Shown: positions 1 through 14,046, numbered from the whole stretch's first letter. The stretch: DNA of 61,645 nt, filler included, from Choristocarpus tenellus KU-1152 (GCA_964200185.2; 10 parts of 10 records of this genome joined end to end with filler, not necessarily neighbours in it), one strand, 5' to 3'. Numbers and translations are program-made. Notes: generated by a model not told the origin, from the sequence alone.

Positions 1-152
1 GGATCTACACCAGGGTGTCCATTTGAACCAAAATGAGGAAAAGTGCATTTACATTATCCATCCAACGTATGCAACCAAATCACCCAAAAATCACGACATA
101 AAAAAATTGACTCCAAACGGACAGCCGATACCCCCCCCAGATACGTTAAGCC
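1..152 (+). mobile_element. MITE family C (poly-G termini), truncated by window start
   Basis: Colinear with the copies at 28813, 43194 and 44667; ends in CCCCCCCAGATACGTTAAGCC. Confidence 0.8.
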
Positions 153-1834
153 TAGGATGTGGCCATGCTCGATTAAACTACAGAAATCCTATCCCATTTA
201 TTGGGTGATAGAGCACACCACCTGGGTTTCACTTTGCTAACCTTTGTAGATATGCTGAGTTCCTTTCTCTTCCTCGTTTTTCTTTCCTTCTTTCACTATG
301 TTCCTCTAGGAATTTTCTTCAATAGTCTCCATATCTTATAAGGCAGTGTGTAATGTGGTTCTTCCAGCTAGAGTTCGGCAGGAGTGGGACCCCTCTGGAA
401 AATCACCCTGATGGAAAGAACAGTAATACTGATATCTTCTCCCTGTTTGCATAGTCGATTCAACCAAACCCCAAACACATGCTTCCGCCCAGAGTTCCCA
501 TTTCTCCACAAAATCAAAACTATGAAACAATACACAACAAGATTGATGTATGGATAGGGCATCAGAATTGGCATTATTTTTTACTGAAACGCATTTGCAC
601 TCCTTACAAAATTATTAGGTCTGTGTGTCAACTGCTCGCAAATACACATCATATGATTATTATCATGCCTGTGAGTGGTTAGATAGGTTCAACACAAGTA
701 CAAACGCAACTCGTTGTTTAGGGTGGAGTTGTGAAGAGGTGAGAAGGTGTGTGGTGTGCGGTTGATTGCTGACATAAGTGTATGCACGAGTCTCCAAATG
801 ATAAGCAATATCTATATATCAACTTTCAAGCACCTGCAACATGCTCATCGCCCCTAAAGGGTCGTGCTTTGGATTCTCAGGTTAAACAGCTCTCGCATTT
901 TAACAATTTGGACACAGAGCATTTCACTGGCAGTCTCACTCACCTAAATATCTAGCGGATGCTGGCACCATCGGGTTTATGGTGTAAGGAGGCAGTAGGC
1001 CATCCGCTCTGAATTTGCTTAACTCCTGGTCCTAAGCTACACGGAGCATTGTCAAAATGGACTACCTCAGTCAACCATGTGCTTGATCGGTGTATATTGT
1101 GTCCATTCCAGAGGAGGGTCATTTCCCATAGAACGTAGATTTTATCCAACTCAAAACTCGATATAATATCTAGTATGTAACTCTCTTCAAATACTACATA
1201 TTACATACTACACAATCTTCAATACAGCAGACATGAGAGCATGTTCTTGGTCGGTAGTGTTAGCATCATTGTAATCAACTTTCTTTCCTGCATTTTTGAA
1301 TCTTGAGTCCATGTGCCATGTTCTGACTTTGGAATGGCAAGCAGTACTGGCTGTGATGGTGTCAAAATACGCTCTGATTATTCCATGTGATTGTCACATG
1401 CCACTCATCCACAATCACACTCAGGGGCAGGATATAGCTGTTCTGCTAAGGAATTCAACTAGTGCATCGACAACAAGCACAGAATCCATTTGCACCCAGG
1501 TAAGATATTTCATTAGAGACAACCATTCCTCTTAATTCCGCATATGCAATGGTTATGAAATTCTTGTACTCTGAAGTAACCCAAGGAATCTTAATTTTGG
1601 ACCCAGAACATAAGGAGTGGAAAGTTGCAGTAGTTACTTGTAGAAGACTAGACAGGGTGACAATGAAGGCTGGAAGCTGACATAGGGCAGGTTGGAGTTG
1701 TCTTTCTCAAATGTGGAGGTTAGCTGGATACAACAAGCAACCATAGCTTTTCTTCTGGCAAGCACCAATTCCTTATGTGAAGGAAGTACCACGAGGTGGG
1801 TAGGTTAAGGGAACTGGCGCTAATCACTAAATGA

Positions 1835-2095
1835 GAGTGGAAGTATCTTAGAGGGTACGAGTTTTGCTCTGCCTGTCCATTTGGGTCTTGGCTTCCCGTG
1901 GGGTATTTTGGTAACATTTTGCTTTTGGAAAATGTTTCGGAGTAGGTAAAATGTACACGTCGTGAAAAGGTATGTCTGTAACAAGGATATTGACATTTTC
2001 CTAACAAACAGGATAGTCAAAATTATATCAAAGTCGCAACAATGGATTCTGGCCCCTAAATGGATGCGGCTTTAACCTCTAAGATACTTTGGCTC
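1835..2095 (+). mobile_element. MITE family A (~260 bp, Sola2-like non-autonomous element)
   Basis: TIRs GAGTGGAAGTATCTTAGAGGGTA / CCTCTAAGATACTTTGGCTC; flanks ATGA / TTGA. Confidence 0.9.
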
Positions 2096-2545
2096 TTGAA
2101 TTGATGCAAAGTAAATGACAAGGGCAGAAACATAGGTAGTGCAGGGTGACCGTCAAGGTTCACTATTGTATTGTTTTTGATTATATGGTATTGCTTCCTT
2201 TGTACTTGATCATGGCGGTCAACCCAGAACCAGTATGGCACAGCTTAACCTTGTCGTCAAGCCAATAATAGGGGAGTTGATGCCGAAAGCAATCTCAACA
2301 AGTTCTCCTCTGCCATACATTCAAAGTTGGTAATTTTGTTCAGTGCAAGGCCCACCGTACTGCTATTGGTGGCATTGGAGTGGTGGGAGAAATTTATTTC
2401 TATACGTGAAATGGACTAGTAGGGGTCATAGATTGGATGAGGCGAGGTAAGACGGGAAGAGTCTGTGAGTGGTCAAGGGACATGAAGGTATTTATTCAAG
2501 CTTGTTCTCCTGCCTCAGGCTTAAGCGAGGCTAAGCTCCACAGGG

Positions 2546-2856
2546 AAGACCAGTGCCAAGTATCAGGGAGACATCCTCTTCTTCCTATCTATATTAATAT
2601 CATATTGGTGGGAACATGCGGTATTCTCAAAAACGATCTCCTACTGCATGGTCATTGACACAACGTGAAAAATGTCTCGAAGTAGCACAGTGCAACACCA
2701 CAGGCAAGACCAGTGCCAAGTATCAGGGAGAAATCCTCTTCTTCCGATCTATATTAAGAGCATATTAGTGGCAACATATGGTATTCATAAAAACGATGTC
2801 CTAATGTATGGTCATTAACACAACGTATTAAACACCTTGAAGTAGCACAGCACAAC
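2546..2856. repeat. Diverged tandem duplication, ~161-bp unit x2
   Basis: AAGACCAGTGCCAAGTATCAGGGAGA...GAAGTAGCACAG occurs at ~2546 and ~2707. Confidence 0.9.
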
Positions 2857-3371
2857 AGTAGACTATGGATTATGGGTTGTGAAGCTCCTCTTTTTTCGTT
2901 TCACCCACATCGTCTGTAGCACTAACTGTTTGTTCTAAAACATGCTAGGAAATCATCGGAGATTCTTACTTCTTCTTTCCCCAAATCTTTGGTATCATTC
3001 AGTAGCTCCAAACAGGCAGCAAGAATGCTGAGTGCCAATCAGAACAAGCACTATGATACCGCACCGTTGATAGCGAATAACTTACTAATGTTGGTGCTGG
3101 AATGGTTGACTCAAGAACTTGTACTGTGAGTGTGCGAGCTGGGAATAATTGAACTCCATTCATAAATTTGACTAGGAAAAACCTTTCAATCGCTGTATTC
3201 CACCAAGCACTGCTTTATCGCAGTGTCCAACTAAATAGCCGTGGTTATGCTGCCCCTCCATATCCTTGCCTAGACTCTACCAACCTGGGATTGCTCGAGA
3301 TAAATTATTTCTCCATCTGTTCTACACATTCGATCCTTGGGTGTGGAGGGCAGATTTATTTTTTTTCCATT

Positions 3372-3588
3372 GAGTGAAAGTATCTTAGAGGGTACGAGTT
3401 TTGCCCTGTTTGTCCGTATTTTTATGACATTTTCCTACTGTAAAATATGTACGCTATGAAAATGTGTTTCGGAAACAAGGATATTGACACTTCCTAACAT
3501 ACACGATAGCAAAAATTTCATCAAAATCGCAACATTGGATTTTGACCCCCAAATGGACGCGACTCTACCCTGTAAGATACTTTGGCTC
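3372..3588 (+). mobile_element. MITE family A, internally deleted
   Basis: Both TIRs present; TSD ATT, preceded by C. Confidence 0.9.
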
Positions 3589-3882
3589 ATTCTGATGAAA
3601 GGAACAGCAAGGTTTCAAATTCATATGTTCAGTATGTAAGTATAACAGATTACAAGCCCCATAAACATAATTTTTTACATACCATGCATGTCAATGCTTC
3701 CTAAGGTGTTGGAGACCCATTTTTTTAGGTCATTTCCATGTTGTCATACTACGTAGTATTTGGCAAGAGGATGCTTGAGCAGGCGACATAACAAAGGAAT
3801 CCTGACTGATCGCTTGCTTTGAAGTATGATCACATGTATATCAACAAAGTCCAAATTCTAGTTAATTTTCATAGACCTTAAA

Positions 3883-4140
3883 GAGTGAAAGTATCTTAGA
3901 GGGTACGAGTTTTTCCCTGTTTGTCCATTTGGGGCTTGGCTTGCCACAGGTATTTTAAGACAATTTCCTAATCTGAAATGTCTTGGAGTAGGTAATATGT
4001 ATATGTCATAAAAAACTGTGTCCGGAACAAGGATATTGACACTTCCGAACAAATACGATAGCCAAAATTACATCAAAATCAGAACATTGGATATTGGCCC
4101 CCAAATGGACGCGGCTCTGCCCTCTAAGATAATTTCGCTC
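3883..4140 (+). mobile_element. MITE family A
   Basis: Both TIRs present; TSD AAA, followed by G. Confidence 0.9.
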
Positions 4141-5427
4141 AAAGGTGACGTTATGTGTTGAACATCATAGACACAATAATGTTAGAAACCAATGCCCTTC
4201 AAACAGGATAAGAAGTCCCTTTCATTAAACCACATCATGATGGTACAGTTTAATGACTCAATTTATTTTCGGAGTGCTTCATCAGATACTAGGAGAAATG
4301 GTTCGAAATTTTGAATGCTCCTGAACGGGTGCAGTGCGTCATACCTAGGATTTAGTCAAATGATATCAAATGTACCAAATATCACAAAACAAAAATAACA
4401 GCATTGTTTACAGAAATGCTACAAATACTAGAAACAATATCAGTGATAGTAACCTTTCTTACCACCTTCATGTTGATGCCTCTAGGAAGGGGTTGTACTT
4501 CTCCAAAATGGAACTTGTAAATTTGAGCCTATTGCCATTATTCCATGGCCCTAAGGACATATCCGAGGTAGCACATTTGTGGGTGCCATATGTATCAGTA
4601 TCCTCAACCATAGCAAGGTGTACAGGTTCCTAAACTCCCCATTCCCGTTCAATTGTATTTTCCATATTTTGGGGTCACACATGAAAGTCGTCAATAGGAC
4701 AAAGTATATAATGTCGTGCAGTTGGGGGTATACGTTATATTTGAACATACCCATTTATCCATCTACCCAAGGTAGAGAGCTCTGTGGTGCCCCAGCCCTG
4801 TGGCTGCACTACTGAACGTTCTCGACAAGGTCTTCTTGGTCTATGTGAGGTATGTCAGTCAATGCCACATTAACCATCCCTTGCCATGTACTATATGCAG
4901 TATTATGCGAAGTACTTATTAGCAATTATCTAGTGTATGCCATACCTCACTTCTGTCTCAGCACCTGACAGAGTCAGTTGTTGATGTCTATATCTCTACT
5001 CCACTGCTCTTGCTTTACATCTCTCCCCCTACAGTTCAATGACTTGGCTGCTGCTATGAAAACAGGAGGGCAGGATACCAACACGATACAGTGGGCTATC
5101 CATGTCCCAATTCATGTTATGTCAATTCCGATACATGTATGTGAGAAATGAAAAAAAATATCATTTTAACGCGTTTTTCTTTGATTTGGCCATCTATGGT
5201 AGGTAGACTTACATATCTACACATCTACACATATCTATGCACCGCTTGGGATAGACTGGTACAGGCTAGTGCACATGCTTAAAGCACTTTCTCAAGTTAA
5301 GGAAGCGCTCTGAAGCATCAACATAGGCCAGAATCCACCCCAAGTGGTCAATTCACTCTCTGTATGTATGTAGGTGAGGGAGCCAAGCTCCTCTGAGAAT
5401 TGGAGTCAGTCAATCGACTCTCTTCAC

Positions 5428-5640
5428 CTGCCCAAGCTTTGTCTGGGCTGCTAGTGCTATACACTCATCCCTTTCTTTGGTCAGGGCCCTGAGCGTAGCC
5501 TCAAGACCGGCAGCCTCATCCACAAGTTTGACCAGGGTAGCCCGGGCACCTAGCCGGGCTTCCTTGGTGCTGGAGAGCTCAAGTCGTCTACATTTGGCTT
5601 TGACGTTGGATTGTTGAGCACTGAGGAAAGACATGTCTGT
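5428..5640 (-). CDS. Probable internal exon, coiled-coil segment (possibly the same gene as the ankyrin exon at 8119-8260)
   Basis: Open frame TDMSFLSAQQ...AAQTKLGQ, bounded by an AG acceptor and a CAG|GTGAAG donor; heptad-like content. Confidence 0.5.
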
Positions 5641-7115
5641 CTTAAATTGCAGCAGCTGGTAGATCTTTTGAGAAACAGCAACATCCTTGTGCAGAGGAAA
5701 ACGGCGTTTGCATCAAGCGAACAAAATTGAGGGAGAGTCAAGAGTTTTCTTTGGCATTGGGAATGCGTTTGAAATTTTGAACTTTATTTATGTTATTGGA
5801 AACAAGTGGAATGTGTCTTCTACAGGCAACACAAACTCACAATTGTTCTTTTTTGCATACCTTATATCGAATTATCCCGAAATTTTGATGGTGTTACACA
5901 CATCAACCGAAGTATCACACTGAATAGCTCTAACTCGGCCGGGCAAGATGGAAGATTAGAAAAAAAAATCCTTAGAAGTAGACTTCTTTTTTCTGACGAG
6001 ATTACAACCCAAGCAGTTGATTGACCATTGGTGGTTTTGTTTTGTTTTGTCACTGTATGAATGGCAGTTTCAAAGTCAGATTCTGATTGAGACAATCAAA
6101 ACACAGATGTAACTTCTATTTTTTCTGTGTTGAGGGAGAAAATTAGCAACAATTTTCACTCTTGAGGTCACTGGAAGGATACATTGTTTGATTGTTGCAT
6201 GATAGTGGGTCACAACATACGGTCATATTGCGGCAATTTCACAACTGGCAGAGATTATGCCCATGAGAATATTTAGAATTGTGTGGTAGAATATTTGCAT
6301 GGGTCACTTATTGTGGTTCAATTTGAGGCATGGGGAAATGGTCTCCACCCCTCTGAACTAGGAGACAGGGAAGCTTTTTGTGTACTGGATGGAGGTGGGA
6401 AGGGTAAAGTGTAGGATTAAATCTAGGGTGGAAAATTTCTTCAGTTCTCAGGAAATTCTAGTTTTCAAGGAAACAAGTTCCAAACATCTTGCTCTGAACA
6501 ACAGCCCTGAGCTGCTCTGTTTAGCCCTGTAGCTACAGTTTGACGCTCTGCGGTTTGATCTATGCATCATTGTAGATGTGGTCTACGCAGTATCATATTG
6601 TCTGGTCACCTATAGAAATATTCATGGAGATCGTTTGTGCTAACAAATTCAACCAACATATTCATCAAATGTCTTGGGTCAAGTGTGATTTATTTGGCAT
6701 CATTTGGAGTCAATATGAGTTCATCCAAGGACAATATTGCGACGCTTATGACCCAAGTATATCGATTTCTCAGCATCAAGTGTCAAGACCAGATTTGTAA
6801 TCCTCTTGTCAGGGCTCTGTCAAATTGGTCCTTGTCTCATATTTCAGTTTTCCCAAACCTCCTTAAGTTGCTGCCCCACACTTGATTGTGAGTATGTTGT
6901 TACCCAGACCATATGATGGAGTTCTAATGTGACAACCTAGACCCAAATATAGAAATATCATGTTTAGACAAACAAATCAGTGTGTAGGATGGTGACTGAT
7001 AAATGCCCATGAAAAATGATGTCAATTAAACCTAGTTATGCCCGTAATCTGTTAGCCACAGCCACAGCACGGTGCCAAGCTCTGGAGGGAGTCACATCAC
7101 AGTGACGAAGTGTCT

Positions 7116-7372
7116 GAGCCAAAGTATCTTAGAGGGTAGGGCCGCGTCCATTTGGGTTGAAAATCCAATGTTGAGATTTTTATGTATTTTTGGCTATGGT
7201 GATTGTTAGGAAGTGTCAGTATCCTTGTTCCGGACACGCCTTTTCATAACATATACATTTAACCTACTCCAAAACATTTTGGAGTAGGAAAGTGTTACAA
7301 AAAACCCATGGGAAGCCAAGCCCCAAATGGACAAACAGGGCAAAACTCATACCCTCTAAGATACATTCAGTC
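7116..7372 (-). mobile_element. MITE family A, reverse orientation
   Basis: GAGCCAAAGTATCTTAGAGGGTA ... TACCCTCTAAGATACATTCAGTC; TSD TCT, followed by G. Confidence 0.9.
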
Positions 7373-7570
7373 TCTGTGAGATTGAACTTTTCAATTCAAA
7401 TCTTGTCTTAATGGGTTCGAGTTTGGTTGGGGGGGTAAGTATGGTTGTGATGAATCCCGTTGACAATATGTTGAATGATCAAATATCATCATCGGTCCCC
7501 CTCTATACACTGCCATATTCTCCAACAAACATTTTTTTTATCACTTTGAAAATCACGGAGCTAGGCAATA

Positions 7571-7831
7571 GACCCATAGTATCCTAGAGGGTGGGTCAGC
7601 TCCCCAATGGACAGCTGTGTGACCCTCTAGTGATTTCCCTGTCTTAAGAGGAAATGTGTCTGATGCAAAGACAATATTCTTCATCTGAACCCGCCTTCTT
7701 TTTCCACCACCCTATCTCAAACCAAAAACCAAAGGAAAATCACTCGCAAAACAGGCATCAAACTGGGGTAACTTACAACACCTCATCAAGTCCCAAATGA
7801 ACAACATCCCCCCCTCTAGGATACTATGATC
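7571..7831. mobile_element. MITE family D (related termini, different interior)
   Basis: GACCCATAGTATCCTAGAGGG ... CCCTCTAGGATACTATGATC inverted pair, 261 bp; no clean TSD. Confidence 0.6.
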
Positions 7832-8118
7832 ACATTTTCGTATCTCAGTAGAATAAAATACATCAATTTTTTTCATACTCCATACTTAGCTGGCTTTCTC
7901 AGATAATGAGATGGTAGATGAGAGTGCTGGAGAATTTTAAAATCTGAAAAGCTTGATACAGCCAATGGCATGGCCTGCACGATACTTTGACCCAATAGGA
8001 TGTGTTTCTCTGGACTGTTCCCACCCAGTCAACATTGACATCACTCTAGGAATAAAATGCCGTTACTGACTCCTTGGTCCGCCACATCAAACCCTGAAGA
8101 GGAATTTGGAATTCAAAC

Positions 8119-8260
8119 CTGGGGTATCTTCCCTCTGATATCTGCAAGGTTGGTGTCTGCCCCAGCCTCCACCAACACCCTGGCTGTCTGCTCGCTCCCT
8201 TCAAGACAAGCCAGATACAAGGCAGTTCTCCCATATATATCCTGGGCATTCAAACTACAT
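8119..8260 (-). CDS. Ankyrin-repeat exon (not in the ORF track)
   Basis: Minus strand reads CSLNAQDIYGRTALYLACLEGSEQTARVLVEAGADTNLADIRGKIPQ, a canonical ANK motif; CAG|GTTTGA donor. Confidence 0.8.
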
Positions 8261-8536
8261 CTTGCTCTGTTTCGAAGCAAGGACGAGGAAGTGGGCCTCC
8301 TCGATCGCCTATCCGACTTAGATTGTGACTACATGTCAACAAAATAGCAGCCCAGCAGAGTTCACCCAGGTGGTTTCAAAGGTAGAGAGAAGAAGGATGG
8401 AGGCAGAGAGACAAGTTGAATTTAGGCAACTATTGTAACATGTCCCTAAACCTTGTTCAAAATGACCAGTGCTAATCACAGTAGTAATTTCACTGCACAG
8501 TACGGTAAGAAAGAAAATTTTGAAAATCCACAGTAC

Positions 8537-8584
8537 GTTACGGTATGTTACGGTATGTTACGGTATGTTACGGTATGTTACGGT
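8537..8584. repeat. Tandem repeat (GTTACGGTAT) x~5
   Basis: Directly visible. Confidence 0.95.
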
Positions 8585-9816
8585 CTACTGTTCATTAGAA
8601 GGGTTGTACTGCACAAGTATTGGTCATTTTTGAAAAAATGCAATGTGGTACTACATGTTCTACTATTGACTACATCCGTATGGCAGGGTAGGGTGTACCG
8701 TCAGGCAAATTGTGCAGTACTTACATAGTACTTTGGAAATATAACACAGTATGATCATTCCATGGATTCTTGTGAGTTTGACTGTATGTTAAGGGCAGTA
8801 CAGTGAATTCACGGTTTCCATGAAGCTGCCTAATCTTGTGCTGGACCCACGTCATACCTTTCTCTTAGATTTTCCACAGTATTGCTTGAAGTATCATGGC
8901 ATGTTACAATATGCTATATTATTTATTTGTTTTCAATATTATTGATAGGATATTTCTTGCATTTCCATTGTACGCTACGGTAGAGATTACCAAAGCCAAA
9001 CTACCATGGTAAACCATGGTAACGGGGAAAAAACATCCAAATATCCTACCCATTTCCATGGTATTTTCTACTGTGACAAGTGTTGTAAACAAACAGGCGT
9101 TTTTGTTGTTGAAATGAGAGATTTCATGCTACTTGTACCTTTACACACACTGTGAAGAAAGACATTGATTCATTGAGCTCTGTAGTGGTTGCATTGGGAA
9201 AATCTTCTTGTTCTCAGCTCACTGTGTGTCAGCAATCAAGCAACTTTTTATCTTAGTCATGACATAATGATTGCACTGGTGGTCAAATGTACCTGATTTG
9301 AAGGTATCTCATATCTAGAAAATGCCTAAAGGGAATACGTACCTTTGAATGGCTTTTCCCCATTCTTAGATATTCTGGGAAATGATTTGACTCGAGAAAC
9401 AATGAATGATCGCTTCCTCAATCACTTTGGCAGCAGGTATACCACCTGAGTTGTTGTCAATGATGAGTTCTTCATCATTATGTTTGAACTCCTTTGCTTC
9501 CAAGCCTGACCCTAACCCTAACCCGAAGCCTTCAGTCTATTGAACCTAACACCAGTATAGTGCCAGATGTATCATTCTCCAAGCATACTGTTTCCATGTG
9601 GTAGATGGCAAGCCTCACCAACACAATTCTGAAACAATTCTGAAACAATTCTGAAACAGAAGCGAGGAAAAAAAGCAAACCTGATTAACTGCAACTGCAG
9701 ATTTATACAGTTACTCTCTCACAGAACAAAATCCACTGTGAAAAATGAATGATATCCCTGGCACTCTGCGGAGGTCAATTGTATATGCTGTTATAGGGAA
9801 TTCATTCTCTTGCCAA

Positions 9817-9838
9817 GACCCAAAGTATCTGGGGGGGG
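9817..9838 (+). mobile_element. Family C terminus at contig end
   Basis: GACCCAAAGTATCTGGGGGGGG running into the spacer. Confidence 0.75.
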
Positions 9839-9938
9839 NNNNNNNNNNNNNNNNNNNNNNNNNNNNNNNNNNNNNNNNNNNNTTAATTAATTAANNNNNN
9901 NNNNNNNNNNNNNNNNNNNNNNNNNNNNNNNNNNNNNN
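9839..9938. other. Artificial contig-joining spacer N44-TTAATTAATTAA-N44 (also at 15263, 22290, 27966, 31153, 35319, 43051, 48827, 54010)
   Basis: Identical 100-bp block with a six-frame stop 12-mer, present 9 times. Confidence 0.97.
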
Positions 9939-10344
9939 ACTCCAATGTAGCCTGTGCGTTCTGTAATTACTTGAAGGAGGGATTAGCGCTTGAAGACTAG
10001 GTATAGCGAAGCATATGGTCACCATATCCTTCCGAAATCACACATTTGCATCGAAATCAGAGAGACGTGGTGTTCACCAGTTCCACCATAGTTCCGAACC
10101 GGTGACGCACACGTCCTCCCATCAAGAACAGAACGAAACCTAGTGATGAAGTCTGTGTTCTCCGATGTCTGCGTTCCGATATGTATCGGAACCAAACGAT
10201 GTTCCTTCCAGTTTTTGTTTCCGATCCCAATCCTAGCACCTCTCCCAACCCTAACCCTGTGCCCTAAACGTGACCCTGTCTCTCAGCCTTACACGATAAT
10301 GAAATTATGCCAACTCATGTTTCACCCTTCCTTCATCTACTCGC

Positions 10345-10525
10345 ATCATGTCATTTTTGCCGTACTTTGTCCTATGACAATGTGTGGCGAAAGTTGCGGT
10401 GGTCCATATACCAACTTTTTTCAAGCCACACGCCTCATGTCATTTCCGCCATACTTTACCATACGACAAAGTATGGCAAAAGTTGCGGCTGTCCACATAC
10501 CAACATCTTTGAAGCCGCGCGCCTC
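10345..10525. repeat. Diverged ~88-bp tandem repeat x2 upstream of the transposase
   Basis: CATGTCATTT..GCC.TACTTT....TGGC.AAAGTTGCGG..GTCCA.ATACCAAC occurs twice. Confidence 0.7.
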
Positions 10526-12873
10526 CAAACCATCATCCTCGACTTTCCACATAACTCAATCACGATCTCATATCTCCTATAGAGAAAGGGGCGCATACGA
10601 TGGTATGTGCATGTGGGGATATGTGTTGACCGACATCACATGAAGCGTTCAGTATTCCTTCCACCACAAAACCCACCCCAAACAATAGTTTACCGTTCGA
10701 CAGAACACGTCAATTGTAGTACATACATAAGCCAATATTGTCAGGGCAACACCTACCGTGCATTTGTCAACTGTTTCCCAAAAAAAATCAGATGAAAACA
10801 CATACTCTACCGTTTGACAAACTATCCATTTCGTCCTACATGCTTCATGGTACGTTTTCATAACCTTTTGGATGTGGCTCACGATTGACCGCATATGCGA
10901 TGCGCACCTTTTCAGGATATCATAATCGGGGCGGTTGCAGTTCTCGATGTATCAAACACACCCTTCTCCATGGTTTCAAAGTGGGATGTCCTCCAACACG
11001 GCCGTACTCCGTGGAACACTTCGTGACCAAACATTGGGCAAGCCCCTTCCCCCGAACAAAGATGCAGTATTATCTATGTTTGCATCATGAAGATCGATCA
11101 CTAATGTCAAAGGGAAACAAACCCACCCAACTCATATCGTAATCTCGTTTGGATCCCACTCAGGAAACGGGGACTAAAGAGACTGCCCAAGACCAGTGCC
11201 ACTTGTTCGTGGAAGAAATCCAAAATGGACCAGATCATGAACCTCTTCCTCTCCATGTTTGTCAACCACGATGGTCCAGAAGAGATGGAAGGAAGCGGCC
11301 GCACTTGGAACGACCTTGCCTCTTGGGTGTTGGATGAGAAGAGCAGATTTGCACCATTGGCGAGCGCGCTGCAAGTTGTGCTGACTCAGGAACAACACGA
11401 GTCCACGCCTGATCTCCAGGTCAAGACATTTCTAGAATGTGTAAAAAAAATCTTAGCACAGAGCACACACGCAGGTATTCAAATCCATCCTCGTCGGCAT
11501 TGCTTCTGATGTTGAAATAGGCGATGATGGGGTGACATCGACGTTTCAACCTCTTCTGTCCGTCACAGCAAGAAAATACGACACCAACGTCGACACACTA
11601 AGGTCATCCGCCAAAAAACGCAAGGAATTCATGCGAGATATGCGGCGACAGGCGAGCCCCTCCGCATCGGCTGCAGATGATGCTGGAGGATCGTTTCCCG
11701 TATCCGACATCCATGCCCTTCACTGCTCTCCTCAAGGCACCGCCCACAGGTATGGAAGTTTGTTCTTATCAACCATCAGCGGTGTGACACACACAACTTG
11801 GCCCCCGGACAAACACGTCCACTGTATGTCGAAAAACATTTCATCACTAACAGATGCCCGGATGATCCCTCATATCCTGGTGCACAACCGACACACGCCC
11901 ACATCTCCTATCTTTACCTCAGACAAAACGGCAGACCAAGAGTATTCGACGTGGGAAGGGACAGCTCCTCGCGACAGTTCGATATGCAGGATCCTGATAC
12001 ACATGTTCTTGGTATCACCGTATGGGAGAGCAACAGCACCGCCATGCCCCACGATCCGGTCACATGTGCCAACAGCACGCTCAAAGGTACTCTACACTAG
12101 CGACTGTCATCCTCACATGCGTTGTGCATATCTACCCTCGACACTTTATGGATTAATCATTATAACATGTTATCCTTGACCAATAAAACTCTAACATTAC
12201 ACTACGTATACATGGTGCAACCGACGTGACAACAGGTCACAGATTGGGACAGATGAGGATGTCTACGCCAACTTCAGGGAGAGATTCGAACAGGAGGGGA
12301 CCTCAGGACCAATACCAGGTCTGTCGACATTCGTAAACTGGAGACCGTTCTACATCACAAAGGCCACGTCAAGGTATATACGGATATAGTCTTTTGATTT
12401 TTAGGGCACATGCTACAATGATGATTGGGTAAGTCTATGTTTCCTAACCGCCACAGGGTACCCAGTCACATACTGCATCATCCGTGTGTCCACACATAAG
12501 GGGTGCTAACCCACCGTATCCCTCCCTCCACTCTTCAACGCAACACAGATCGTGCATTTGCATTCACCACGTGACCACCGACCTCCAGGTTCAGTGTCTA
12601 AGAGAGAACTGGAAGAGAGTGCATGCGAGGACGTTCCTTGGCGACGATGGACAACGCACTTGCGCATGCACATTCGCATTCTGCAACAAAGGCAAAGGAT
12701 GCAGATCTGAAGAAATGGAGGCCGCACTCGAAAGTGGTGCTCATTTAATGGCCTTCCTCATGTAAATTTCTATGCCAAACCACACCCACGACGTGACGAA
12801 TGTGTGAGCACGATGAGCTGGTATCCAAAATAATGAACCCACGGTAGATACACACCAACGTACTCGCCCTCAA

Positions 12874-13150
12874 GAGTGAAAGTATCTTAGAGGGTACGAA
12901 TTTTGCCCTGTTTGTCCATTTGGGGCTTGGCTTCCCTCGGGATTTTTAATAGCATTTTACCTAATCAGAAATGTTTCGGAATAGGTAAAATGCATGTGTT
13001 ATGAAAAGGTGTGTTCTGAACAAGGATATTGACACTTCCTAACAAACACGATAGCCAAAATTACATCAAAATCGCAACATTGGATTTTGGCCCCGAAATN
13101 NNNNNNNNNCCGAAATGGACCCGGCTCTACCCTCTAAGATACTATGGCTC
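12874..13150 (+). mobile_element. MITE family A (contains a 10-N gap)
   Basis: Both TIRs present; 4-bp TSD TCAA. Confidence 0.9.
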
Positions 13151-13395
13151 TCAAACCGTTTCACTACGTCCTCTAAATATGTGGCAGGGACAGTCGGACT
13201 CTGTTAAGAAGCTTGGGGGATGTAAGGCTCGTCGCCAAAAGCTAGCAGTTGAATTACATGGTAAAGCACCCACTGAATTATTTATTGTCCGCAGGGTATT
13301 GTCCACTTGGTGTCCAATATAACTATATTAATGCTATTGTCCCACTATACCACTTGTAATGTCCCATTAGCCCGCCAAAACGTACCGCTGTGTAC

Positions 13396-13652
13396 GAGTC
13401 AAAGTATCTTAGAGGGTAGAGCCGTGTCCGTTTGGGAGAAAAACCCAATATTGCAATTTTGATGTAATTTTGACTATCATGTTTGTTAGGAGATGTCAAT
13501 AACAATTTCCGAACAGAGCTTTTCATAACATATACATTTTACCTACTCTGAAATATTTCGGAGTTGGAAAATGTAAAAAAACAAAACATGGGAAGTCAAT
13601 TCCCAAATGAACAAACAGGGCAAAACTCGTACCCTCTAAGATACTTTCACTC
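13396..13652 (-). mobile_element. MITE family A, reverse orientation
   Basis: Both TIRs present; flanks TAC / GAC(G). Confidence 0.9.
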
Positions 13653-13785
13653 GACGTTACTACTTTGTATTGTACTAAACTAAAGATCAACATACATATA
13701 AGCTATGTTATTTACTTGGATCAGCACAGATAACGTAAGGATAACACTACGTTATTCGACAGACTCCACTAGTGATGTTCAATCC

Positions 13786-14046
13786 GAGTAAAAGCATCTT
13801 AGAGGATATGAATTTTGCCCTGTTTGTCCATTTGGGGCTTGGATTCACACGGGGGTTTTTTATGACATTTTCCTGCACCGAAATGTTTGGGAGTAGGTAA
13901 AATGTATACAATTATGAATATATATGTTCAAAACAAGGATATTGGGACTTCCTAACAAAAAACAACCCCAAAATTTCATCAAAATCGCCACATTGGATTT
14001 TGGCCCCCAAATGGACTCGGCTCTACCCCCTAAGATACTTTGACTT
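13786..14046 (+). mobile_element. MITE family A
   Basis: Slightly decayed TIRs; TSD TCC, followed by G. Confidence 0.88.

Noticed and set aside
1720-2020. Family of small ORFs sharing YPLRYF / LPSKIL (also 3858, 13029, 13323, 24847, 25019, 29382, 39409, 56645, 61152)
   Set aside because: These are translations of the MITE TIR; frames and stops are not conserved between copies.
3372-4140. PIF/Harbinger (Tourist) assignment for family A based on 3-bp TSDs
   Set aside because: TSDs are not TWA and several copies have perfect 4-bp TSDs; Sola2 fits better.
9511-9525. Telomere (CCCTAA/TTAGGG runs; also ~44104, ~49771)
   Set aside because: Only 2-3 degenerate interstitial units, not terminal arrays.
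9839-9938. Recurrent TTAATTAATTAA palindrome as a biological motif
   Set aside because: It is always centred in an identical N-padded 100-bp block, so it is an artificial spacer.
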